Assembly: GCA_964057225.1 (NCBI GenBank) | Contig: OZ059896.1 | Location: forward strand, 1,116,001 to 1,180,000 | Length of the DNA: 64,000 nucleotides | Source: Auanema rhodensis | Taxonomy: Eukaryota > Animalia > Nematoda | Direction: 5' to 3' | Shown here: positions 13,701 through 26,321 of the stretch, in pieces | Numbering within the stretch: position 1 is the first letter of the stretch | Layout: each line of letters begins with the position of its first letter | The notes under the pieces: generated by a model | The model's database searches: none | What the model saw: the letters and a program-made list of their open reading frames with translations, nothing else | What the model was told of the DNA's origin: nothing | Made by a program: the position numbers and the translations under genes

Positions 13701-16700
13701 GAAATTTTTTGAAAAAATTTTTGTCAAAATGTTTTTGGAAGCAATTTTGAGTGTACATGGAAACTCAACATACACTATTGCATCATTTTTCAAACGATCA
13801 TAACTAATTTTTGTATTAAGCTTTTCTTAATGTAGTATAGTGCATTCGATGCGGATTTTTAAGCTGCGTCGATCTGTGTTATCAGATTTGCGCTAGCTTG
13901 AAAATGCACCGAGATATCAACTGATATAAGTTCACACTTATATCCTCGATTTTCACCCTGAAGAATTAATTTTTTCGTTGAATAACATTGTCCATCGTTT
14001 TTGCCTTGAAAAAAGGAATCTAAAAACATCTACTTTTCGCTAAATTATTTTGAAATTTTTTGAAAAAATTTTTGTCAAAATGTTTTTGGAAGCAATTTTG
14101 AGTGTACATGGAAACTCAACTTACACTAATGCATCATTTTTCAAACGATCATAACTAATTTTTGTATTAAGCGTTTCTCAATGTAGTATAGTGCATTCGA
14201 TGCGGATTTTTAAGCTGCGTCGATCTGTACTATCAGATTTGCGCTAGCTTGAAAATGCACCGAGATATCAACTGATATAAGTTCACACTTATATCCTCGA
14301 TTTTCACCCTGAAGAATTAATTTTTTCGTTGAATAACATTGTCCTTCGTTTTTGCCTTGAAAAAAGGAATCTAAAAACATCTACTTTTCGCTAAATTATT
14401 TTGAAATTTTTTGAAAAAATTTTTGTCAAAATGTTTTTGGAAGCAATTTTGAGTGTACATGGAAACTCAACTTACACTAATGCATCATTTTTCAAACGAT
14501 CATAACTAATTTTTGTATTAAGCGTTTCTCAATGTAGTATAGTGCATTCGATGCGGATTTTTAAGCTGCGTCGATCTGTACTATCAGATTTGCGCTAGCT
14601 TGAAAATGCACCGAGATATCAACTGATATAAGTTCACACTTATATCCTCGATTTTCACCCTGAAGAATTAATTTTTTCGTTGAATAACATTGTCCATCGT
14701 TTTTGCCTCGAAAAAAGGAATCTAAAAACATCTACTTTTCGCTGAATTATTTTAAAATTTTTCGAAAAAATTTTTGTCAAAATGTTTTTGGAAGCAATTT
14801 TGAGTGTACATGGAAACTCAACATACACTAATGCATCATTTTCCAAACGATCATAACTAACTTTTGTATTAAGCTTTTCTTATTGTAGTATATTGCATTC
14901 GATGCGGATTTTTAAGCTGCGTCGATCTGTGTTATCAGATTTCCGCTAGCTTAAAAAGGCACCGAGATATCAACTGATATAAGTTCACACTTATATCCTC
15001 GATTTTCACCCTGAAGAATTAATTTTTTCGTTGAATAACATTGTCCATCGTTTTTGCCTCAAAAAAAGGAATCTGAAAACATCTACTTTTCGCTAAATTA
15101 TTTTGAAATTTTTCGAAAAAATTTTTGTCAAAATGTTTTTGGAAGCAATTTTGAGTGTACATGGAAACTCAACATACACTAATGCATCATTTTTCAAACG
15201 ATCATAACTAATTTTGGTATAAAGCGTTTCTCAATGTAGTATAGTGCATTCGATGCGGATTTTTAAGCTGCGTCGATCTGTGTTATCAGATTTGCGCTAG
15301 CTGAAAAATGCACCGAGATATCAACTGATATAAGTTCACACTTATATTTTCGATTTTCACCCTGAAGAATTAATTTTTTCGTTGAATAACATTGTCCATC
15401 GTTTTTGCCTCGAAAAAAGGAATCTAAAAACAACTACTTTTCGCTTAATTATTTTGAAATTTTCGAAAAAATTTTTGTCAAAATGTTTTTGGAAGCAATG
15501 TTGAGTGTACATGGAAACTCAACATACACTAATGCATCATTTTTCAAACGATCATAACTAATTTTTGTATTAAGCGTTTCTCAATGTAGTATAGTGCATT
15601 CGATGCGGATTTTTAAGCTGCGTCGATCTGTGTTATCAGATTTCCGCTAGCTTAAAAATGCCCCGAGATATGAACTGATATAAGTTCACACTTATATCCT
15701 CGATTTTCACCCTGAAGAATTAATTTTTTCGTTGAATTACATTGTCCTTCGTTTTTGCCTTGAAAAAAGGAATCTAAAAACATCTACTTTTCGCTAAATT
15801 ATTTTGAAATTTTTCGAAAAAATTTTTGTCAAAATGTTTTTGGAAGCAATGTTGAGTGTACATGGAAACTCAACATACACTAATGCATCATTTTTCAAAC
15901 GATCATAACTAATTTTTGTATTAAGCGTTTCTCAATGTAGTATAGTGCATTCGATGCGGATTTTTAAGCTGCGTCGATCTGTGTTATCAGATTTCCGCTA
16001 GCTTAAAAAGGCACCGAGATATCAACTGATATAAGTTCACACTTATATCCTCGATTTTCACCCTGAAGAATTAATTTTTTCGTTGAATAACATTGTCCAT
16101 CGTTTTTGCCTCGAAAAAAGGAATCTAAAAACATCTACTTTTCGCTAAATTATTTTGAAATTTTTCGAAAAAATTTTTGTCAAAATGTTTTTGGAAGCAA
16201 TGTTGAGTGTACATGGAAACTCAACATACACTAATGCATCATTTTTCAAACGATCATAACAAATTTTTGTTTTAAGCTTTTCTTAATGTAGTATAGTGCA
16301 TTCAATGCGGATTTTTAAGCTGCGTCGATCTGTGTTATCAGATTTGCGCTAGCTGAAAAATGCACCGAGATATCAACTGATATAAGTTCACACTTATATT
16401 TTCGATTTTCACCCTGAAGAATTAATTTTTTCGTTGAATAACATTGTCCATCGTTTTTGCCTCGAAAAAAGGAATCCAAAAACATCTACTTTTCGCTAAA
16501 TTATTTTGAAATTTTCGAAAAATTTTTTGTCAAAATGTTTTTGGAAGCAATGTTGAGTGTACATGGAAACTCAACATACACTAATGCATCATTTTTCAAA
16601 CGAACATAACTAATTTTTGTATTAAGCGTTTCTCAATGTAGTATAGTGCATTCGATGCGGATTTTTAAGCTGCGTCGATCTGTACTATCCGATTTGCGCT

Positions 16701-16844
16701 AGCTTGAAAATGCACCGAGATATGAACTGATATAAGTTCACACTTATATCCTCGATTTTCACCCTGAAAAATTAATTTTTTCGTTGAATTACATTGTCCT
16801 TCGTTTTTGCCTTGAAAAAAGGAATCTAAAAACATCTACTTTTC
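7724..16844. repeat. A 4-6-monomer block recurring with 10-monomer (about 3.5 kb) spacing, three copies
   Basis: The diagnostic G of GAATCTGAAA is at 8058, 11567 and 15075, and AAACAACTAC is at 8414, 11923 and 15431 (spacings 3509 and 3508). They are linked with GGTATAAAG, GCTGAAAAA, TATTTTCGAT and a following 350-bp monomer. Confidence 0.8.
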
Positions 16845-19800
16845 GCTAAATTATTTTGAAATTTTTCGAAAAAATTTTTGTCAAAATGTTTTTGGAAGCA
16901 ATGTTGAGTGTACATGGAAACTCAACATACACTAATGCATCATTTTTCAAACGATCATAACTAATTTTTGTATTAAGCGTTTCTCAATGTAGTATAGTGC
17001 ATTCGATGCGGATTTTTAAGCTGCGTCGATCTGTACTATCAGATTTGCGCTAGCGTGAAAATGCACCGAGATATCAACTGATATAAGTTCACACTTATAT
17101 CCTCGATTTTCACCCTGAAGAATTAATTTTTTCGTTGAATAACATTGTCCATCGTTTTTGCCTCGAAAAAAGGAATCTAAAAACATCTACTTTTCGCTAA
17201 ATTATTTTGAAATTTTTCGAAAAAATTTTTGTCAAAATGTTTTTGGAAGCAATTTTGAGTGTACATGGAAACTCAACATACACTAATGCATCATTTTTCA
17301 AAAGATCATAACTAGATTTTGTATTAAGCGTTTCTCAATGTAGTATAGTGCATTCGATGCGGATTTTTAAGCTGCGTCGATCTGTACTATCAGATTTGCG
17401 CTAGCTTGAAAATGCACCGAGATATGAACTGATATAAGTTCACACTTATATCCTCGATTTTCACCCTGAAGAATTAATTTTTTCGTTGAATTACATTGTC
17501 CTTCGTTTTTGCCTTGAAAAAAGGAATCTAAAAACATCTACTTTTCGCTAAATTATTTTGAAATTTTTCGAAAAAATTTTTGTCAAAATGTTTTTGGAAG
17601 CAATTTTGAGTGTACATGGAAACTCAACATACACTAATGCATCATTTTTCAAACGATCATAACTAATTTTGGTATTAAGCGTTTCTCAATGTAGTATAGT
17701 GCATTCGATGCGGATTTTTAAGCTGCGTCGATCTGTACTATCAGATTTGCGCTAGCTTGAAAATACACCGAGATATGAACTGATATAAGTTCACACTTAT
17801 ATCCTCGATTTTCACCCTGAAGAATTAATTTTTTCGTTGAATTACATTGTCCTTCGTTTTTGCCTTGAAAAAAGGAATCTAAAAACATCTACTTTTCGCT
17901 AAATTATCTTGAAATTTTTCGAAAAAATTTTTGTCAAAATGTTTTTGGAAGCAATGTTGAGTGTACATGGAAACTCAACATACACTAATGCATCATTTTT
18001 CAAACGATCATAACTAAATTTTGTATTAAGCGTTTCTCAATGTACTATAGTGCATTCGATGCGGATTTTTAAGCTGCGTCGATCTGTACTATCAGATTTG
18101 CGCTAGCTTGAAAATGCACCGAGATATCAACTGATATAAGTTCACACCTATATCCTCGATTTTCACCCTGAAGAATTAATTTTTTCGTTGAATAACATTG
18201 TCCATCGTTTTTGCCTTGAAAAAAGGAATCTAAAAACATCTACTTTTCGCTAAATTATTTTGAAATTTTTTGAAAAAATTTTTGTCAAAATGTTTTTGGA
18301 AGCAATTTTGAGTGTACATGGAAACTCAACATACACTAATGCATCATTTTTCAAACGATCATAACTAATTTTTGTATTGAGCGTTTCTCAATGTAGTATA
18401 GTGCATTCGATGCGGATTTTTAAGCTGCGTCGATCTGTACTATCAGATTTGCGCTAGCTTGAAAATGCACCGAGATATCAACTGATATAAGTTCACACTT
18501 ATATCCTCGATTTTCACCCTGAAGAATTAATTTTTTCGTTGAATAACATTGTCCATCGTTTTTGCCTCGAAAAAAGGAATCTAAAAACATCTACTTTTCG
18601 CTAAATTATTTTGAAATTTTTCGAAAAAATTTTTGTCAAAATGTTTTTGGAAGCAATTTGGAGTGTACATGGAAACTCAACATACACTAATGCATCATTT
18701 TTCAAACGATCATAACTAATTTTTGTATTAAGCTTTTCTTAATGTAGTATAGTGCATTCGATGCGGATTTTTAAGCTGCGTCGATCTGTGTTATCAAATT
18801 TCCGCTAGCTTAAAAATGCACCGAGATATCAACTGATATAAGTTCACACTTATATCCTCGGTTTTCACCCTGAAGAATTAATTTTTTCGTTGAATAACAT
18901 TGTCCATCGTTTTTGCCTCGAAAAAAGGAATCTAAAAACATCTACTTTTCGCTAAATTATTTTGAAATTTTTCGAAAAAATTTTTGTCAAAATGTTTTTG
19001 GAAGCAATTTGGAGTGTACATGGAAACTCAACATACACTAATGCATCATTTTTCAAACGATCAAAACTAATTTTTGTATTAAGCGTTTCTCAATGTAGTA
19101 TAGTGCATTCGATGCGGATTTTTAAGCTGCGTCGATCTGTGTTATCAGATTTGCGCTGGCTTGAAAATGCACCGAGATATCAACTGATATAAGTTCACAC
19201 CTATATCCTCGATTTTCACCCTGAAGAATTAATTTTTTCGTTGAATAACATTGTCCATCATTTTTGCCTTGAAAAAAGGAATCTAAAAACATCTACTTTT
19301 TGCTAATTTATTTCGAAATTTTTCGAAAAAATTTTTGTCAAAATGTTTTTGGAAGCAATTTTGAGTGTACATGGAAACTCAACATACACTAATGCATCAT
19401 TTTTCAAACGATCATAACTTATTTTTGTATTAAGCGTTTCTCAATGTAGTATAGTGCATTCGATGCGGATTTTTAAGCTGCGTCGATCTGTACTATCAGA
19501 TTTGCGCTAGCTCGAAAATGCACCGAGATATCAACTGATATAAGTTCACACTTATATCCTCGATTTTCACCCTGAAGAATTAATTTTTTCGTTGAATAAC
19601 ATTGTCCATCGTTTTTGCCTCGAAAAAAGGAATCTAAAAACATCTACTTTTTGCTAAATTATTTTGAAATTTTTTGAAAAAATTTTTGTCAAAATGTTTT
19701 TGGAAGCAATTTTGAGTGTACATGGAAACTCAACATACACTAATGCATCATTTTTCAAAAGATCATAACTAATTTTTGTATTAAGCGTTTCTCAATGTAG

Positions 19801-22800
19801 TATAGTGCATTCGATGCGGATTTTTAAGCTGCGTCGATCTGTACTTTCAGATTTGCGCTAGCTTGAAAATGCACCGAGATATCAACTGATATAAGTTCAC
19901 ACTTATATCCTCGATTTTCACCCTGAAGAATTAATTTTTTCGTTGAATAACATTGTCCATCGTTTTTGCCTCGAAAAAAGGAATCTAAAAACATCTAGTT
20001 TTCGCTAAATTATTTTGAAATTTTTCGAAAAAATTTTTGTCAAAATGTTTTTGGAAGCAATGTTGAGTGTACATGGAAACTCAACATACACTAATGCATC
20101 ATTTTTCAAACGATCATAACTAATTTTTGTATTAAGCTTTTCTTAATGTAGTATAGTGCATTCAATGCGGATTTTTAAGCTGCGTCGATCTGTGTTATCA
20201 AATTTCCGCTAGTTTAAAAATGCACCGAGATATCAACTGATATAAGTTCACACTTATATCCTCGGTTTTCACCCTGAAGAATTAATTTTTTCGTTGAATA
20301 ACATTGTCCATCGTTTTTGCCTCGAAAAAAGGAATCTAAAAACATCTACTTTTCGCTAAATTATTTTGAAATTTTTCGAAAAAATTTTTGTCAAAATGTT
20401 TTTGGAAGCAATTTGGAGTGTACATGGAAACTCAACATACACTAATGCATCATTTTTCAAACGATCATAACTAATTTTTGTATTAAGCGTTTCTCAATGT
20501 AGTATAGTGCATTCGATGCGGATTTTTAAGCTGCGTCGATCTGTACTATCAGATTTGCGCTGGCTTGAAAATGCACCGAGATATCAACTGATATAAGTTC
20601 ACACCTATATCCTCGATTTTCACCCTGAAGAATTAATTTTTTCGTTGAATAACATTGTCCATCGTTTTTGCCTTGAAAAAAGGAATCTAAAAACATCTAC
20701 TTTTTGCTAAATTATTTTGAAATTTTTCGAAAAAATTTTTGTCAAAATGTTTTTGGAAGCAAGTTTGAGTGTACATGGAAACTCAACATACACTAATGCA
20801 TCATTTTTCAAACGATCATAACTAATTTTTGTATTAAGCTTTTCTTAATGTAGTATAGTGCATTCAATGCGGATTTTTAAGCTGCGTCGATCTGTGTTAT
20901 CAAATTTCCGCTAGCTTAAAAATGCACCGAGATATCAACTGATATAAGTTCACACTTATATCCTCGGTTTTCACCCTGAAGAATTAATTTTTTCGTTGAA
21001 TAACATTGTCCATCGTTTTTGCCTCGAAAAAAGGAATCCAAAAACATCTACTTTTCGCTAAATTATTTTGAAATTTTTCGAAAAAATTTTTGTCAAAATG
21101 TTTTTGGAAGCAATTTGGAGTGTACATGGAAACTCAACATACACTAATGCATCATTTTTCAAACGATCATAACTAATTTTTGTATTAAGCGTTTCTCAAT
21201 GTAGTATAGTGCATTCGATGCGGATTTTTAAGCTGCGTCGATCTGTACTTTCAGATTTGCGCTAGCTTGAAAATGCACCGAGATATCAACTGATATAAGT
21301 TCACACTTATATCCTCGATTTTCACCCTGAAGAATTAATTTTTTCGTTGAATAACATTGTCCATCGTTTTTGCCTCGAAAAAAGGAATCTAAAAACATCT
21401 ACTTTTCGCTAAATTATTTTGAAATTTTTCGAAAAAATTTTTGTCAAAATGTTTTTGGAAGCAATGTTGAGTGTACATGGAAACTCAACATACACTAATG
21501 CATCATTTTTCAAACGATCATAACTAATTTTTGTATTAAGCTTTTCTTAATGTAGTATAGTGCATTCAATGCGGATTTTTAAGCTGCGTCGATCTGTACT
21601 TTCAGATTTGCGCTAGCTTGAAAATGCACCGAGATATCAACTGATATAAGTTCACACTTATATCCTCGATTTTCACCCTGAAGAATTAATTTTTTCGTTG
21701 AATAACATTGTCCATCGTTTTTGCCTTGAAAAAAGGAATCTAAAAACATCTACTTTTTGCTAAATTATTTTGAAATTTTTCGAAAAAATTTTTGTCAAAA
21801 TGTTTTTGGAAGCAATTTTGAGTGTACATGGAAACTCAACATACACTAATGCATCATTTTTCAAAAGATCATAACTAATTTTTGTATTAAGCGTTTCTCA
21901 ATGTAGTATAGTGCATTCAATGCGGATTATTAAGCTGCGTCGATTTGTACTATCAGATTTGCGCTAGCTCGAAAATGCACCGAGATATCAACTGATATAA
22001 GTTCACACTTATATCCTCGATTTTCACCCTGAAGAATTGATTTTTTCGTTGAATAACATTGTCCATCGTTTTTGCCTCGAAAAAAGGAATCTAAAAACAT
22101 CTACTTTTTGCTAAATTATTTTGAAATTTTTCGAAAAAATTTTTGTCAAAATGTTTTTGGAAGCAATTTTGAGTGTACATGGAAACTCAACATACACTAA
22201 TGCATCATTTTTCAAAAGATCATAACTAGATTTTGTATTAAGCGTTTCTCAATGTAGTATAGTGCATTCGATGCGGATTATTAAGCTGCGTCGATCTGTA
22301 CTATCAGATTTGCGCTAGCTTAAAAATGCACCGAGATATCAACTGATATAAGTTCACACCTATATCCTCGATTTTCACCCTGAAGAATTAATTTTTTCGT
22401 TGAATAACATTGTCCATCGTTTTTGCCTTGAAAAAAGGAATCTAAAAACATCTACTTTTCGCTAAATTATTTTGAAATTTTTTGAAAAAATTTTTGTCAA
22501 AATGTTTTTGGAAGCAATTTTGAGTGTACATGGAAACTCAACATACACTAATGCATCATTTTTCAAACGATCATAACTAATTTTTGTATTAAGCGTTTCT
22601 CAATGTAGTATAGTGCATTCGATGCGAATTTTTAAGCTGCGTCGATCTGTACTATCAGATTTGCGCTAGCTTGAAAATGCACCGAGATATCAACTGATAT
22701 AAGTTCACACTTATATCCTCGATTTTCACCCTGAAGAATTAATTTTTTCGTTGAATAACATTGTCCATCGTTTTTGCCTCGAAAAAAGGAATCTAAAAAA

Positions 22801-25800
22801 ATCTACTTTTCGCTAAATTATTTTGAAATTTTTCGAAAACATTTTTGTCAAAATGTTTTTGGAAGCAATGTTGAGTGTACATGGAAACTCAACATACACT
22901 AATGCATCATTTTTCAAACGATCATAACTAATTTTTGTATTAAGCTTTTCTTAATGTAGTATAGTGCATTCGATGCGGATTTTTAAGCTGCGTCGATCTG
23001 TGTTATCAAATTTCCGCTAGCTTAAAAATGCACCGAGATATCAACTGATATAAGTTCACACTTATATCCTCGATTTTCACCCTGAAGAATTAATTTTTTC
23101 GTTGAATAACATTGTCCATCGTTTTTGCCTTGAAAAAAGGAATCTAAAAACATCTACTTTTCGCTAAATTATCTTGAAATTTTTTGAAAAAATTTTTGTC
23201 AAAATGTTTTTGGAAGCAATTTTGAGTGTACATGGAAACTCAACATACACTAATGCATCATTTTTCAAACGATCATAACTAATTTTTGTATTAAGCGTTT
23301 CTCAATGTAGTATAGTGCATTCGATGCGGATTTTTAAGCTGCGTCGATCTGTACTTTCAGATTTGCGCTAGCTTGAAAATGCACCGAGATATCAACTGAT
23401 ATAAGTTCACACTTATATCCTCGATTTTCACCCTGAAGAATTAATTTTTTCGTTGAATAACATTGTCCATCGTTTTTGCCTCGAAAAAAGGAATCTAAAA
23501 ACATCTACTTTTCGCTAAATTATTTTGAAATTTTTCGAAAAAATTTTTGTCAAAATGTTTTTGGAAGCAATGTTGAGTGTACATGGAAACTCAACATACA
23601 CTAATGCATCATTTTTCAAACGATCATAACTAATTTTTGTATTAAGCTTTTCTTAATGTAGTATAGTGCATTCAATGCGGATTTTTAAGCTGCGTCGATC
23701 TGTGTTATCAAATTTCCGCTAGCTTAAAAATGCACCGAGATATCAACTGATATAAGTTCACACTTATATCCTCGGTTTTCACCCTGAAGAATTAATTTTT
23801 TCGTTGAATAACATTGTCCATCGTTTTTGCCTTGAAAAAAGGAATCTAAAAACATCTACTTTTTGCTAAATTATTTTGAAATTTTTCGAAAAAATTTTTG
23901 TCAAAATGTTTTTGGAAGCAATTTTGAGTGTACATGGAAACTCAACATACACTAATGCATCATTTTTCAAAAGATCATAACTAATTTTTGTATTAAGCGT
24001 TTCTCAATGTAGTATAGTGCATTCAATGCGGATTATTAAGCTGCGTCGATTTGTACTATCAGATTTGCGCTTGCTTGAAAATGCACCGAGATATCAACTG
24101 ATATAAGTTCACACTTATATCCTCGATTTTCACCCTGAAGAATTAATTTTTTCGTTGAATAACATTGTCCATCGTTTTTGCCTCGAAAAAAGGAATCTAA
24201 AAACATCTACTTTTCGCTAAATTATTTTGAAATTTTTCGAAAAAATTTTTGTCAAAATGTTTTTGGAAGCAATGTTGAGTGTACATGGAAACTCAACATA
24301 CACTAATGCATCATTTTTCAAACGATCATAACTAATTTTTGTATTAAGCTTTTCTTAATGTAGTATAGTGCATTCAATGCGGATTTTTAAGCTGCGTCGA
24401 TCTGTGTTATCAAATTTCCGCTAGCTTAAAAATGCACCGAGATATCAACTGATATAAGTTCACACTTATATCCTCGGTTTTCACCCTGAAGAATTAATTT
24501 TTTCGTTGAATAACATTGTCCATCGTTTTTGCCTCGAAAAAAGGAATCTAAAAACATCTACTTTTCGCTAAATTATTTTGAAATTTTTCGAAAAAATTTT
24601 TGTCAAAATGTTTTTGGAAGCAATTTGGAGTGTACATGGAAACTCAACATACACTAATGCATCATTTTTCAAACGATCATAACTAATTTTTGTATTAAGC
24701 GTTTCTCAATGTAGTATAGTGCATTCGATGCGGATGTTTAAGCTGCGTCGATCTGTACTATCAGATTTGCGCTGGCTTGAAAATGCACCGAGATATCAAC
24801 TGATATAAGTTCACACCTATATCCTCGATTTTCACCCTGAAGAATTAATTTTTTCGTTGAATAACATTGTCCATCGTTTTTGCCTTGAAAAAAGGAATCT
24901 AAAAACATCTACTTTTTGCTAAATTATTTTGAAATTTTTCGAAAAAATTTTTGTCAAAATGTTTTTGGAAGCAATTTTGAGTGTACATGGAAACTCAACA
25001 TACACTAATGCATCATTTTTCAAACGATCATAACTTATTTTTGTATTAAGCGTTTCTCAATGTAGTATAGTGCATTCGATGCGGATTTTTAAGCTGCGTC
25101 GATCTGTACTATCAGATTTGCGCTAGCTCGAAAATGCACCGAGATATCAACTGATATAAGTTCACACTTATATCCTCGATTTTCACCCTGAAGAATTAAT
25201 TTTTTCGTTGAATAACATTGTCCATCGTTTTTGCCTCGAAAAAAGGAATCTAAAAACATCTACTTTTTGCTAAATTATTTTGAAATTTTTCGAAAAAATT
25301 TTTGTCAAAATGTTTTTGGAAGCAATTTTGAGTGTACATGGAAACTCAACATACACTAATGCATCATTTTTCAAAAGATCATAACTAGATTTTGTATTAA
25401 GCGTTTCTCAATGTAGTATAGTGCATTCGATGCGGATTATTAAGCTGCGTCGATCTGTACTATCAGATTTGCGCTAGCTCGAAAATGCACCGAGATATCA
25501 ACTGATATAAGTTCACACTTATATCCTCGATTTTCACCCTGAAGAATTAATTTTTTTGTTGAATAACATTGTCCATCGTTTTTGCCTCGAAAAAAGGAAT
25601 CTAAAAACATCTACTTTTTGCTAAATTATTTTGAAATTTTTCGAAAAAATTTTTGTCAAAATGTTTTTGGAAGCAATTTTGAGTGTACATGGAAACTCAA
25701 CATACACTAATGCATCATTTTTCAAAAGATCATAACTAGATTTTGTATTAAGCGTTTCTCAATGTAGTATAGTGCATTCGATGCGGATTATTAAGCTGCG

Positions 25801-26321
25801 TCGATCTGTACTATCAGATTTGCGCTAGCTTAAAAATGCACCGAGATATCAACTGATATAAGTTCACACCTATATCCTCGATTTTCACCCTGAAGAATTA
25901 ATTTTTTCGTTGAATAACATTGTCCATCTTTTTGGCCTTGAAAAAAGGAATCTAAAAACATCTACTTTTCGCTAAATTATTTTGAAATTTTTTGAAAAAA
26001 TTTTTGTCAAAATGTTTTTGGAAGCAATTTTGAGTGTACATGGAAACCCAACATACACTAATGCATCATTTTTCAAACGATCATAACTAATTTTTGTATT
26101 AAGCGTTTCTCAATGTAGTATAGTGCATTCGATGCGAATTTTTAAGCTGCGTCGATCTGTACTATCAGATTTGCGCTAGCTTGAAAATGCACCGAGATAT
26201 CAACTGATATAAGTTCACACTTATATCCTCGATTTTCACCCTGAAGAATTAATTTTTTCGTTGAATAACATTGTCCATCGTTTTTGCCTTGAAAAAAGGA
26301 ATCTAAAAACATCTACTTTTT

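Larger units (their letters stand above)
1..26321. repeat. Satellite subfamily domain 1 (left)
   Basis: Monomers mostly carry TTTTCGCTAAA and are polymorphic for TGTACTATC/TGTGTTATC, GCTTGAAAA/GCTTAAAAA and TTTGCGCT/TTTCCGCT. Private variants include TATGAAC, GAATTAC, AAAGGCAC, CAATTTGGAG and CTCGGTT. The last TGTACTATC is at about 26158-26166. Confidence 0.9.

Noticed and set aside
14655-14846. 63-aa minus-strand ORF
   Set aside because: It lies wholly within satellite monomers. It is open only because private substitutions in this copy (GCTGAATTATTTTAAA) removed stops. No recognisable protein motif.
18962-19192. 76-aa ORF MKFFEKIFVK...
   Set aside because: It has a TTG start inside the repeat. 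Single substitutions (TCATAA>TCAAAA and CTAG>CTGG) remove stops present in nearly all other copies.
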